The notes below the pieces were generated by a model that had not been told where the DNA came from, searched no databases, and saw only the letters and a list, made by a program, of their open reading frames with translations. DNA of 64,000 nt from Eledone cirrhosa (lineage: Eukaryota). Every line of letters begins with the position of its first letter. The first letter of the stretch is position 1. Positions 50,254 to 62,719 of the stretch are shown piece by piece. A program made the position numbers and the translations under genes. The DNA lies in NCBI GenBank assembly GCA_964016885.1, contig OZ024763.1, forward strand, positions 19,654,001 through 19,718,000, in the 5' to 3' direction.

Positions 50254-50386
50254 TTTGTAATAATTAACTCCATACTCGGACCACCAATAACACAAACGAA
50301 GACGGGTGAGTTGCATTACGTTGAGTGCTCTCCCTAATATTACATCCAGTGGTGAACCAACAAACCTAAATATATATATATATATG

Positions 50387-50503
<117 letters not shown>

Positions 50504-50555
50504 TATTTATATATATATACCTGCATTGTTTTGGCTTTATTACACATATTCAAAC

Positions 50556-50605
<50 letters not shown>

Positions 50606-50609
<4 letters not shown>

Positions 50610-50640
50610 GGTATATTGCCAAATATACTATACATACATT

Positions 50641-50675
<35 letters not shown>

Positions 50676-50726
50676 TATATACATATATATGAATGTATGT
50701 ATAGTATATTTGGCAATATACCGTAT
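50606..50726. repeat. Short perfect inverted repeat around (TA)n
   Basis: atacggtatattgccaaatatactatacatacattcata / tatgaatgtatgtatagtatatttggcaatataccgtat. Confidence 0.85.
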
Positions 50727-51092
50727 GTTTAATTAAAAACATTTAGAAGACCATACGCTATCGGTTTTAAAGTAGTGACTATGTCTCTTACTTATTTTCA
50801 GCAATGGCTGGGAGAGAGGCTGACAACTGTTCCTCGCTGGTTGGCGTTTATCAAAGCCACACACTCACCTGCCTTTGCCGAAAATTATAGAATCTGGATT
50901 CTTATAGAATTCAAGTAATAATCAGGAGCTGATTACACATATATAGTATATATAGTTACGCGTGTATATAACTATATACGTATATATAGTTAAATATATG
51001 GATATATATTAATATATATTACCTTACAACAATTTTTTTATATAACCAATATAATATTTTTCCTAACATGAAAATATAAGATGTGTGTCTGT

Positions 51093-52148
51093 ATCATCAT
51101 CATCATCATCATCGGGTTTAGCGTCCGTGTTCCACGCTTGCATGGGTTTGGACGGGGGTTTTCCCACTTGAGGCAAGAGTGGTTGTCTTGCTCGCATAGG
51201 ACTGTCTGGCGGGTTTTCTACAGCTGGATGCCCTTCCTAACACCAACCACATTTACAGTGTGGGGCTGGGAGGTTTTTACCGTGTTGCCTACACGGCCAC
51301 ATTACAGTGTGGACTGTCTGGCGGGTTTTCTACAGCTGGATGCCCTTCCTAACACCAACCACATTTACAGTGTGGGGTTGGGAGGTTTTTACCGTGTTGC
51401 CTACACGGCCACATTTACAGCGTGGACTGTGTGTTTTTTTGTCGTGACACCTACACGATCTCATTTGTTTCGGCCTGGATGTTGTGGGACCAACATAATT
51501 TTACATTGAAAGGGGCGGTGTGGATGGGGTGGAGGTGGTGGGACGGGGGTGTGTTTTGATAGAGATGCCTACTGACTGTAGTAGGTTTTTACTTTGTATT
51601 TAGGTAAGGCGGGTCTTCTCTATTACTGAGTACCGCCAAAGGTCTCGGTCCAGTGACATTGTCTTGGAGAGGTGTAAGCGTGTGAGGTCGGAATTTATCA
51701 TGTCGTCCCAGGTTTTTCTGGGTCTGCCTACTCCGTGGCTACCATCTATCTTTATTGCCCTGCACTTTGTTATACAGCTGTCGTCTTTCATGCGCATCAC
51801 GTGACCGTACCAACGTAGCCTTCTCTCGAGTAAACAACATCTGATCCCTCTTATTTCTAATGTTTTCCTTAGTTCGTTTATGCTTTGCCGTTCACGTATA
51901 TTACTATTGCACATCCAGCGGAGCATGCAAGCTTCGTTCCTCTCTAGTCTGCGTATATCCTCTGCACACAATGCCCAGGTCTCACTGCCATGCAGCATTG
52001 CTGTTTGTATGCAGGCATCGTATAACCTGCCTTTCATTTTTAGGGAGAACCCTCTAGCGGCTAATAGTGGTATAAGCTCTCTGAACTTTTTCCATCCAGT
52101 TCTGACTCTAGCTACTGTACTTTCAGAGCACCCTCCCCCACTGCTGAT
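51093..52148 (-). mobile_element. RTE LINE 3' fragment, young subfamily
   Basis: Intact ORF end 51600-52037, 3' UTR and tail. Confidence 0.93.
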
Positions 52149-52425
52149 TCTGTATATATATGTGGATCTATATACACGGATATAACCATATATATGTGTA
52201 TATTTCTATGGTTATATATACGTATGCGTATATCTCCACTAGTTAACACAACACCCTTTAACGGTCGCTTCACAACCAACATAACTTCGCTATTTTTCAA
52301 AATTTTCAAGCGTTATATTAAGTTATATCTTACAAAATTTTGAGATTTTATTTCACATATCCATTGTAAGCTGACCATGGAGGTCTATATTTTGGGTATG
52401 TCACTATCTTATACATCAAATATTG

Positions 52426-52485
52426 TATTTTATCTGATGAAAGCATACTACAATTTAGTATCCTTGAAATATGTATAATAAAATA
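52426..52485 (+). ncRNA. Type I hammerhead ribozyme motif, intact core
   Basis: tattttat CTGATGA aagcatact-acaattt-agtatcctt GAA ATATGTAT A ataaaata: 8-bp stem I, 8-bp stem II with one mismatch, self-complementary stem III, AUA triplet. Confidence 0.8.
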
Positions 52486-52614
52486 AATAGGATGCTATTG
52501 TGATATTTTCCATTTATTACTATTGTTCATATATATATATATACCTTTCCAACTGAAATACTTCATATAATGAAGTATTTGTATATATATATATATATAT
52601 TGCCATTTTTTTAG

Positions 52615-52789
52615 AATGAAAAAGTCCAGATGGAAGATGCTCACAGATGTGAAATGGAAGAGGTCGACCAATATGTGGAACATATTCAGCAGTTGTCCGA
52701 AGAAGGGGAGGTAACCCTACGGACCCTTGAGTTAGAAAATAAAGAAGTGAATGATCGAATCGCATGGTTAATTGAAGATCAAAACTCAG
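52615..52789 (+). CDS. CCDC30-like exon 3 (NEKVQ...EMEEVDQYVEHIQQLSEE...LELENKE)
   Basis: ttttttag| acceptor, CAG|gtaatt donor, open frame, phase 0/1; motif recalls CCDC30 EM.EV..YVEHIR.L. Confidence 0.88.
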
Positions 52790-52802
52790 GTAATTATCAA
52801 GT

Positions 52803-53244
52803 TTAACCCCTCAGCATTTACTCTATATCGACAGTCAATCAACTTTAGTCAAATCAGACTGAGGAAACAATGTTTCCATTGGTCTTTCCAATTGCTAATA
52901 CTATCTATTGGTCGCAACTCCAGGTAGAAGGAGCAACATGAAATAAAGTGTCTTGCTCCAGGACATAACACATTGCTCGGTCTGGGAATTGAACTCACAA
53001 CCTCACGATTGTGAATCCAATTCGCTAACCACTCAGCCACATGCCTTCTCTTTACTCTATATTTATTATTATATTTTCATAGTAAAGGCTTTACCTTACA
53101 TAATTATCTCATATAATATCTATGAGATTTTGATATTATCTATTTTGAGAACAATACCTTAACATCAGTATGAGTGGCGAGTTATGGCCGGTTTGAACAG
53201 AAAGAGTGAGAAAATTATGGGCAGTTTAAATACTAAAGGGTTAA
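52803..53244. mobile_element. piggyBac-like MITE with nested CORE-like SINE (52925-53045, -)
   Basis: ttaacccctcagcattta ... taaatactaaagggttaa. Confidence 0.8.
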
Positions 53245-53274
53245 TATCACATCATATTACGTTGCCACAAACAA

Positions 53275-53747
53275 AGCACCCAGCTCACTCTGTAAAGTGG
53301 TAGTGATAAAATACAGCCTGTACACTCTGTAAAGTGGAAATGGTGGTGTCATGATAAAATGTACTCAGCTCACTCTGTAAAGTAGTTGTGCTGATGTCAT
53401 GATAAAATACACCCAGTACACTCTGTAATGTGGTAGTGCTGGTGCTCTGATAAAATACAATCGGTACACTCTGTAATGTGGTAGTGCTGGTGCTGTGACA
53501 AAATGCACCCAATACACTCTGTAAAATGGTAATGTTGGTGCCATGTTGAAATACACCCAGTACCTTCTGCAATGTGGTTGTGCTGGTGTCATGATAAAAT
53601 ACACCCAGTACACTCTGTAATGTGGTAGTGCTGGTGCCATGATAAAATGCACCCTGTACACTCTGTAAAGTGGTAGTGCTTGTGTCATGATAAAATACAC
53701 CCAGATTTCACAGCTCTAGCATCACTCCTTCATAGTCAGCCTATGAA
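53275..53747 (+). repeat. Diverged 48-bp array plus 45-bp non-array tail; inverted partner at 58271-58465
   Basis: Same unit type as 43130-44040. Confidence 0.8.
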
Positions 53748-53957
53748 CTCTTCATCCAACCTTCGCATATTTGTTGATAGGTTGGAGTTTTTTTTTTTTG
53801 TTTTTTTTATCCCCTGAATTTTTTGGGGGTTTTTTTAAAATAATTTTTTTTTATTTTATTTTATTTTTGTGATTTTTCGTTTTTCTCAATTCCACCAACT
53901 CCACCAACCGTCTCGACCCCCAAATCCACCAACCCCTCCACCCAACTCGCAATGAAG

Positions 53958-54963
53958 TTCAAGAGGATCTGAGAAAAATGCTGGAAGATGTTGGCTTACA
54001 TTCAATCATAGACCTGAAATGCCAAGATCAGTTTGCGTACTTGTTGGCAGAGAGAGCTGAGCTGCAAGAAAAAGTGAAATTTGTAGTGAAACGAGAGGTG
54101 GGAAGTCCAGATGTGTCCTCATCGAAAAGGACGACGACATCATTGTCATTGTCGATGATGATAATGACAACGAAGGCGGCCCCAGCTGTGGTAATGGCAA
54201 AGATGACGGCCGCCAATAATGAGACTACGAACATGTGCAAGTACAGCAATGGTGACCGACTGGACGCTGGGACGGAATCGAGGGATTCTATAGTGACAGC
54301 AACAGCAGCAATAACAACAACAGCAACACCAATAGCAGCAGCAGCAGCAGCAATAACAGCAGCAATAACAACACCAATAGCAGCAGCAATAACAACAACA
54401 CCAACAGAAGCAGCAGCAGCAACACCAACAGAAGAAGCAGCAGCAACAACAGCAGCAATAGCAACAACAGTAACACCAACAGAAGCAGCAGCAACAACAG
54501 CAACAACAGTAACACCAACAGAAGCAGCAGCAACAACAGCAACAACAGTAACACCAACAGAAGCAGCAGCAACAACAGCAACAACAGTAACACCAACAGA
54601 AGCAGCAGCAACAACAGTAACACCAACAGAAGCAGCAGCAACAACAGCAACAACAGTAACACCAACAGAAGCAATAACAGCAACAATAACACCAACAGCA
54701 GCAATAACAACAACAGCAACACCAACAGCAACACCATCAGAAACAACAACAACAGCAACAACAACAACAACAGCAACATCAACAATAGCAGCAGCAGCAT
54801 CAACAACAGCAACATCAGCAGAAATATCATCATCTATCATCATCATCATCATCATTATCAACAACAGCATCATCATCAACAGCAACATCATCATCAGAAG
54901 AAGAAGAAACAGCAACAACAACAATAGCAGCTGCATCATCAACAACGACAGCAGAAGAAACAG

Positions 54964-54994
<31 letters not shown>

Positions 54995-55211
54995 GACAGG
55001 AAGATCACTGGAGACTGCAGATGTGTCGGTCCAGGTGGAAGCGAAAAGTCCAGAGCAGCTGGAGATAGACTTTGACGAGGAACTACAGAAGGTGCAGCAT
55101 AAATGGCACCTGTCTGAGAAGAAGATGAAGGATGAATATGAGGAAGAGGTGAATACAGTTCTGGAAGAGAACGAAAGAATGGATGAAGAACTGACGGACA
55201 TGAAGTTAAAG
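53958..55211 (+). CDS. CCDC30-like exon 4 with Thr/Ala/Ser/Pro-rich insert; apparent 1-nt frameshift at ~54835; acceptor uncertain
   Basis: DQFAYLLAERAELQE motif; coiled-coil end EENERMDEELTDMKLK|gtgagt; the first AG after a long AG-free zone (53956-53957) is phase-1 compatible. Confidence 0.8.
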
Positions 55212-55217
55212 GTGAGT

Positions 55218-55291
<74 letters not shown>

Positions 55292-55298
<7 letters not shown>

Positions 55299-55542
55299 CA
55301 TCGTTTAACGTCCATCTTCCACGCTTGCATGGGTTTGGACGGGAGTTTTCCCACTTGTGGCAAGAGTGGTTGTCTTGCTCGCATAGGACTGTCTGGCGGG
55401 TTTTCTATAGCTGGATGCCCTTCCTAACACCAACCACGTTTACAGTGTGGGACTGGGAGGTTTTTACCGTGTTACCTACACAGCCACATTACAGCGTGGA
55501 CTGTGTGTGTTTTTGTTGTGACACCTACACGACCTCATTTGT
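55292..55542 (-). mobile_element. RTE 3' UTR fragment after (CT)n
   Basis: Matches 51093-51470. Confidence 0.8.
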
Positions 55543-55584
55543 ATATCTCTCTCTCTATATATATATATTTGTATATCTCATTTG

Positions 55585-55615
<31 letters not shown>

Positions 55616-55779
55616 GAAAAGTATAGAAATTATTGTAGCGAGAAGCTAACAGTATTCCATAATATATAAGTGACTATAGCGTCAAAATGGGAAAATAGTT
55701 AACATAAGATATGGGAAAAATATATATATATATATATCTGTCTGTTTCTCTCTCTCTCTGTATATATATATATATACGT

Positions 55780-56710
55780 TATTCCGGGTTGAATCGGAGG
55801 TAACCACAGTAAGTAAGGTACTCAATACATTGCAGAGTATAAAAGTTTTAATATAGATGAGATTCTACAGGACTAGAACTGTTTCATTCTTTAGAAATCA
55901 TCAGGAATCTGGGTATCAAAAAATAAGTATGGTGTTTATAGGTCTCTACAAGTGGTAGGAGAGGGTGGGGAGTAGGATGGGTGTGGGTCATTGGTTGATA
56001 GAAAAGGGAATTCATTAAAAGCTAATTCTACAAAGCTATAGTTTATTTTTATTTTTAGAGTAACAAAGGCAGAAAGAATTCTATAAACAGGTTCAGGATG
56101 GCATGCCACTCCTTATTATTAAGTTTCTCTTAAGCTAACAGGTGTCTATAAGATTACAGAATTAGTATATCTACCAACATATATATACAGAAGTATACCT
56201 ATGCAAGCAAATATATAGGTTTTGTCTTAGTAACTTTGTGGTTCAATGCATGAGGATGCAGAACAATTATATGAGAGATGTAAAATAAGAAAATTATAAA
56301 AATTAACTTACTAAAATTTCACTCCAACTAATTAGTTTCTGAAAGGGAATAAACATGGTTTCCAAATAGAAAACATGGAGAAGCCATTTCGTCATCAGGA
56401 AGTCGTTCTCAGCTAAGATCCCTGGCGATGCGTGGACACGGGGAACTTATACAAAAATAATTCAGTTATTCAATTATTTTTGTATAAGTTCCCTATGTCC
56501 ACGCATCACCATCCACTGAATTATTTTTGTATAAGTTCCCTGTGTCCATGCATTGCCAGGGATCTTAGCTGAGAATGACTTCCTGATGACGAAATGGCTT
56601 CTCCATGTTTTCTATTTGGAAACCATGTTTATTCCCTTTCAGAAACTAATTAGTTGGAGTGAAATTTTAGTAAGTAAGTTAATTTTTATAATTTTCTTAT
56701 TTTACGTCTT
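55780..56710 (-). mobile_element. Penelope-like pLTR fragment with inverted duplication (56270-56460 vs 56515-56710)
   Basis: Contains a hammerhead; fold-back geometry typical of PLE insertions. Confidence 0.65.
55860..55910 (-). ncRNA. Type I hammerhead ribozyme motif
   Basis: Minus strand: agattc CTGATGA t-ttc-taaa-gaa-t GAA ACAG-ttctagtc-CTGT A gaatct; GUA triplet. Confidence 0.78.
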
Positions 56711-56741
56711 TCATATATATATATATACATATATATCTGTC

Positions 56742-56882
<141 letters not shown>

Positions 56883-57035
56883 CTGTCTGTCTGTCTCTCT
56901 CTCTCTATATATATATATCTGTCTGTCTGTCTCTCTCTCTCTATATATATATATATCTGTCTGTCTGTCTCTCTCTCTATATATATATATCTGTCTCTCT
57001 CTCTCTTTCTCTTAATCTATGTATAAATATATATA

Positions 57036-57144
<109 letters not shown>

Positions 57145-57311
57145 TTATATATAAATCCTTCCCTCTCTGAGGTAAGCTTTACCTTTCATCCTTACGGGGA
57201 TCAATAAAATAAAGTACCAGTAATGCACTGGGGCCAATCTAACCAACTTTCCCCTCTCCCAAATTGTTGGCCTTGTGGCTAACTCAGAAACCCTTATTTT
57301 CTGTTCCACAG

Positions 57312-57399
57312 ATGGAAGAATCTGAGAAGGTTATTGAGGCCCTTCAGAAGGAACTGGCAGCTTACCAAAGTCCACAGGAAGAGGACTGTCTAACAACAC
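57312..57399 (+). CDS. CCDC30-like exon 5 (MEESEKVIEALQKELAAYQ...)
   Basis: ttccacag| acceptor, |gtacgt donor, phase 0/1. Confidence 0.85.
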
Positions 57400-57464
57400 G
57401 TACGTTTAGCTGGCTTTCATCTGTGTCGACACCATCATTGTCTTCATTGGATTGAGTGCTATAT

Positions 57465-57812
57465 ATCATCATCATCATCATCATCATTTCATTTTACGTC
57501 CACTTTTCCCTGCTTGCAAGGGTGGGACGGGACCTGATTCTGGCTTGATTTCTACAGCTGGATGCCCTTCCTAACACCAACCTCATTTACAGTGAGTGCT
57601 GGGTGCTTTTTTGCCGTGGCACCTCCACGTCCACTTTGCAGTGGAATGATAGGGACCCCAGTCCCTATCATCTCATTTCTACAGCTGAGTAAACTGGAGC
57701 AATGTGAAATAAAGTGTCTTGCTCAAGGAAACAACACATCACCCGGTCTGAGAATTGAACTCACAACCGTTTTGATTGCAAGGCCAATGCTCTAACCACT
57801 AAGCCATGTGCC
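57465..57812 (-). mobile_element. Full-length SINE: tRNA head + CORE-like domain + RTE-derived 3' tail
   Basis: A/B boxes at 57812-57750, cttgagcaagacacttta, then ttaggaagggcatccagctgtagaaa and (GAT)n; truncated twin at 58595-58858. Confidence 0.8.
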
Positions 57813-57944
57813 TCCATGTATATATATGTGTGTGTGTGTGTATGTGTGTGTTTATATGTGTGTGTGTGTATATGTGTGTTTCTGTATGTGCATATATGTG
57901 TGTATGTATGTATGTATGTGTGTGTATATATATGGGTGTGTGTC

Positions 57945-57993
<49 letters not shown>

Positions 57994-58044
57994 CTGTATA
58001 TATATATATATATATATATGTGAATGTGTATATATATGTACACT

Positions 58045-58094
<50 letters not shown>

Positions 58095-58116
58095 CCTTTA
58101 GCCACTCTATTTTCAG

Positions 58117-58250
58117 CCACCAAACGTCGGTCATGTGATGTTGCTCTGAGGAAGGTCATAGAAAATAAGACCAAGGTAGAAACTGAGCTCGTTTCAATGA
58201 AGATGCAGGTGAAAAACCTAGAACATGACAATAAAAACCTCAAATCTCAG
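58117..58250 (+). CDS. CCDC30-like exon 6 ([24 protein letters not shown]...LKSQ)
   Basis: ttttcag| acceptor, CAG|gtaaga donor, phase 1/0. Confidence 0.88.
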
Positions 58251-58554
58251 GTAAGAAACTAAAAAAAAAGTCATTGGCCGACTATAAAGGAGTTATGCTA
58301 GAGCTGTGAAATCTGGATGCATTTTAACATGACACCAGCCCTACCACTTTACAGAGTGTACTTGGTGTGTTTCAACATGGCACCAACATTACCACTTTAC
58401 AGAGTGTACTGGGTGCATTTTGTCACAGCACCAGCACTACCACATTACAGAGTGAGCTGGGTGCATTTATTTTATCAATCTCTGTTTGTCGAACTGCTAA
58501 GTTATGGAACATCACAGACTAAAGTTATAGTATGTTGAAAGGAAAATAGGGCAC

Positions 58555-59465
58555 TGATTCCCTCAGGGAAATGTCCTTGGTCAATGTGCAGAAAATCATC
58601 ATCATCATCATCATTTTACGTCTGCTTTTTCCCTGCTTGCAAGGGTGGGACGGGAACTGATTCTGGCTTGATTTCTACAGCTGAATGCCCTTCCTAACAC
58701 CAACCTCATTTACAGTGAGTGCTGGGTGCTTTTTTGCCGTGGCACCTCCACGACCACTTTACAGTGGAATGATAGGGACCCCCAGTCCCTATCATCTCAT
58801 TTCTACAGCTGAGTAAACTGGAGCAACGTGAAATAAAGTGTCTTGCTCAAGGAAACAGGCGTAAGTAGAAATTCCATCCTATGTCCCAAATGCAAACTAT
58901 GGGTACACAAGAGATGGAGCAGGATTTCAGGTAGGCTAGCAAAGAACGGGGGTTTTATATGTGGTTGATGGACACGAGCAATAAGTAGCAAGAGCTCACA
59001 GAATACTAACTCCTTTAACCCTTTAGCATTTACATTACCCTATATATACTATTATATTTTGTGGTAAGGATTTTATCTCACATAATATCGAATATTCGAG
59101 ATTTTGATGTTATATATTTTGAGAACAATACCTTAATATCACTATGAGTGGCCGGTTATGGCCAGTTTAAACAGAAAGAAGTGAGGGAATTCTGGCCAGA
59201 TATGGCCGGTTTAAATGGTAAAGGGTTAAATGCCCAGAGAGTTCCATAGAAGTAGTTGATGGTTTCTGTTGCCTGGGTGACCAAATTAGCAGTGGAGGTT
59301 GGTGTTCTGAAAGTACTATAGCTCGAGTCAGCACTGGATGGAGAAGGTTCAGGGAGCTACTACCACTGCTAGCCACAAAAGGTTTTACCCCTCAAAATAA
59401 AAAGCAGTTTGCATGAAGCTTGTGTAAAAACAGCAATGCTGTATGGAAGTAAGACCAGGGCAGTG
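58555..59465 (+). mobile_element. Degenerate RTE ORF fragment carrying a SINE (58595-58858) and a MITE (59019-59225)
   Basis: NSILCPKCKLWVHKR...CLGDQISSGG...LYGSKT; MITE flanked by TTAA at 59015-59018 and 59226-59229. Confidence 0.82.
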
Positions 59466-59539
59466 TGTGAAATATGGTTTTATTATTAAATCCTTCTAAA
59501 TTATTGATTATTTTCAAAAAAAATTTTAAAAATCATAAG

Positions 59540-61402
59540 CAGTGTCTTTCATTAGAAATATGGTAATGAAATTGTTAATGACATAGACAGTGTCTTTCAT
59601 TAGAAATATGGTAATGAAAGGGTTAATGACATAGACAGTGTCTTTCATTAGAAATATGGTAATGGAAGGGTTAATGACATAGACAGTGTCTTTCATTAGA
59701 AATATGGTAATGAAAGGGTTAATGACATAGACAGTGTCTTTCATTAGAAATATGGTAATGGAAGGGTTAATGACATAGACAGTGTCTTTCATTAGAAATA
59801 TGGTAATGAAAGGGTTAATGACATAGACAGTGTCTTTCATTAGAAATAGTGTAATGAAATGGTTAATGACATAGACAGTGTCTTTCATTAGAAATATGGT
59901 AATGAAAGGGTTAATGACATAGACAGTGTCTTTCATTAGAAATATGGTAATGAAAGAGTTAATGACATAGACAGTGTCTTTCATTAGAAATATGGTAATG
60001 AAAGGGTTAATGACATAGACAGTGTCTTTCATTAGAAATATGGTAATGAAAGGGTTAATGACATAGACAGTGTCTTTCATTAGAAATATGGTAATGGAAG
60101 GGTTAATGACATTGACAGTGTCTTTCATTAGAAATATGGTAATGAAAGGGTTAATGACATAGACAGTGTCTTTCATTAGAAATATGGTAATGAAAGGGTT
60201 AAAGACATAGACAGTGTCTTTCATTAGAAATATGGTAATGAAAGGGTTAATGACATAGACAGTGTCTTTCATTAGAAATATGGTAATGGAAGGGTTAATG
60301 ACATTGACAGTGTCTTTCATTAGAAATATGGTAATGCAAGGATTAATGACATAGACAGTGTCTTTCATTAGAAATATGGTAATGAAAGAGTTAATGACAT
60401 AGACAGTGTCTTTCATTAGAAATATGGTAATGAAAGGGTTAATGACATAGACAGTGTCTTTCATTAGAAATATGGTAATGGAAGGGTTAATGACATTGAC
60501 AGTGTCTTTCATTAGAAATATGGTAATGCAAGGATTAATGACATAGACAGTGTCTTTCATTAGAAATATGGTAATGAAAGAGTTAATGACATAGACAGTG
60601 TCTTTCATTAGAAATATGGTAATGAAAGGGTTAATGACATAGACAGTGTCTTTCATTAGAAATATGGTAATGCAAGGGTTAAAGACATAGACAGTGTCTT
60701 TCATTAGAAATATGGTAATGCAAGGGTTAATGACATAGACAGTGTCTTTCATTAGAAATAGTGTAATGAAAGGGTTAATGACAAAGACAGTGTCTTTCAT
60801 TAGAAATAAGGTAATGAAAGGGTTAATGACATAGACAGTGTCTTTCATTAGAAATATGGTAATGAAAGAGTTAATGACATAGACAGTGTCTTTCATTAGA
60901 AATATGGTAATGCAAGGGTTAATGACATAGACAGTGTCTTTCATTAGAAATATGGTAATGAAAGGGTTAATGACATAGACAGTGTCTTTCATTAGAAATA
61001 TGGTAATGCAAGGGTTAAAGACATAGACAGTGTCTTTCATTAGAAATATGGTAATGAAAGGGTTAATGACATAGACAGTGTCTTTCATTAGAAATATGGT
61101 AATGCAAGGGTCAATGATATAGACAGTGTCTTTCATTAGAAATATGGTAATGAAAGGGTTAATGACATAGACAGTGTCTTTCATTAGAAATATGGTAATG
61201 CAAGGGTCAATGATATAGACAGTGTCTTTCATTAGAAATATGGTAATGCAAGGGTTAATGACATAGACAGTGTCTTTCATTAGAAATATGGTAATGAAAG
61301 GGTTAATGACATAGACAGTGTCTTTCAGTAGAAATATGGTAATGAAAGGGTTAATGACAAAGACAGTGTCTTTCATTAGAAATAGTGTAATGAAATGGTT
61401 AA
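59540..61402. repeat. 48-bp minisatellite, ~39 copies (unrelated to the RTE-UTR unit)
   Basis: Unit acatagacagtgtctttcattagaaatatggtaatgaaagggttaatg. Confidence 0.97.
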
Positions 61403-61446
61403 ATTATTTTGAAATTACATTTTTTAAAAACTATTTCCTTGGCCAG

Positions 61447-61566
61447 CTGGAGCAGGTAGAACGGGAGGCTGAATCAGAAAGGGACCATCAACAACAACTG
61501 AGATATAAAGCTACCAACCTACGTTCTGAGATGGACAGTATGGAACAGAAGTTGGAAGATCAACAG
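61447..61566 (+). CDS. CCDC30-like exon 7 (LEQVEREAESERDHQQQLRYK...LEDQQ)
   Basis: ccag| acceptor, CAG|gtttgt donor, 120 nt, phase 0/0. Confidence 0.85.
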
Positions 61567-61599
61567 GTTTGTAGAGGCTTCCGTGTATTTCTGTATAAT

Positions 61600-61790
61600 A
61601 ATTGTTTCTACTTTTGGCACAAGGCCAGCAAATACCCAGTGTATTACTGGTACTTTATTTTATCGACCCCGTAAGGATGAAAGGCAAAGTTAACCTCGGC
61701 GGAATTTGAACTCAGAATGGAAAGGGCCGTAACTCTATGCGTCAAAGCATGGCGTCCGACCCTCTACCGATACTGCCAATCCACCGCCTT
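61600..61790 (-). mobile_element. SINE family A, full length
   Basis: ggcggattggcagtatcgg (A-box)...gagttcaaattcc (B-box)...agtagaaacaatt. Confidence 0.85.
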
Positions 61791-61794
61791 TGTC

Positions 61795-61945
61795 TGTATA
61801 ATAATGAAATGATTGTGTACAGTGCTCAGGTGCACTACAACTCATCAAAGGTGCATGTATAGTACATAGAATAATGTTCCAATGTCAGGAAAGTGAACAG
61901 AGTATGAGTCATGATATACATGTGTGCGTGTGTATGGAGGGGGTA
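61795..61945 (-). mobile_element. CR1 3' UTR fragment
   Basis: Matches 35005-35120. Confidence 0.8.
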
Positions 61946-62099
61946 TACCAGTATACATATGTATGTGGGTGTTTGTGTTTTCATATATGTGGATCTATGT
62001 GTTTGTATCTCTGCTCCTGCCCTCTCTCTCTTTCTATCTATCTCTCTGCTCCTCCTCTCTCCCTCTTCTGTCTATCTATCTATCTATCTATCTATCTAC

Positions 62100-62460
62100 C
62101 TATATTTAGAAGGAGAATCAGGGTGGAGAGAGAGGCACTGCACCCCAGTAAATTTACTAAGTTGGGTGAATGAAACGAAAATGGCTCGAGTGATTGGGCC
62201 TTCTCTGTTTATAAGCCTGTAGGTTAAAGAAGAGAGCAAAAGGAAGAAAGGAGCACTTGCACAACACGCTCCTGAAGTTGAGGGCTGTTCTATCTACGGG
62301 GTATTAAACAACCCATTTGTGCCCCCCCCCCCCCCCTATTGGGGATTTCGATTGTTATATTTGTTTGTTTCATATTTTTACACGATTGTATGTAAAATCC
62401 CCGGCATATGTCTTTGTTTTGTCCCCTTTTCTTGTGCGCCCTTGTGGCTAATAAAGAAAT
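62100..62460 (+). mobile_element. Tx1-clade LINE 3' end
   Basis: FRRRIRVEREAL...MARVIGPSLFISL parallels the 36583 ORF end; aataaagaaa tail. Confidence 0.8.
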
Positions 62461-62496
62461 ATATCTGTCTATCTATCTCTCCCTCTCTCACTGTAG

Positions 62497-62610
62497 AACC
62501 ACTCAGAGAAGCTGCAGAGAGAGAGAGATGCCAGCCATGTTCAGGTGGAGTTACTGAAGAAGGAATTAAAAGACATGAAGGTGCAGAAGGAACAGCTTGA
62601 GACATGGCAG
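62497..62610 (+). CDS. CCDC30-like exon 8 (NHSEKLQRERDASHVQVELLKKELKDMKVQKEQLETWQ)
   Basis: ctgtag| acceptor, CAG|gtatgt donor, 114 nt, phase 0/0. Confidence 0.87.
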
Positions 62611-62719
62611 GTATGTTGTGTAAAGAGGTGTAGCTCTGGTGGCCTAGTGGTTAGGGTGTTGGACCTCGCAATCAGAAGGAACAGCTTGAGACATGGCAGG
62701 TAAGTTGTGTAAAGGGGTG

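Noticed and set aside
56575-56610. CTGATGACGAAA as a stem-II-less hammerhead (also 18880-18897 and 56385-56405, minus strand)
   Set aside because: No compatible stem I or NUH triplet could be formed
57750-57812. tRNA genes at SINE heads (also 61720-61790, 62720-62790)
   Set aside because: A/B boxes present but no full cloverleaf; they continue into SINE bodies
59526-61376. 616-aa hydrophobic repeat ORF
   Set aside because: 48-bp intronic minisatellite on the antisense strand
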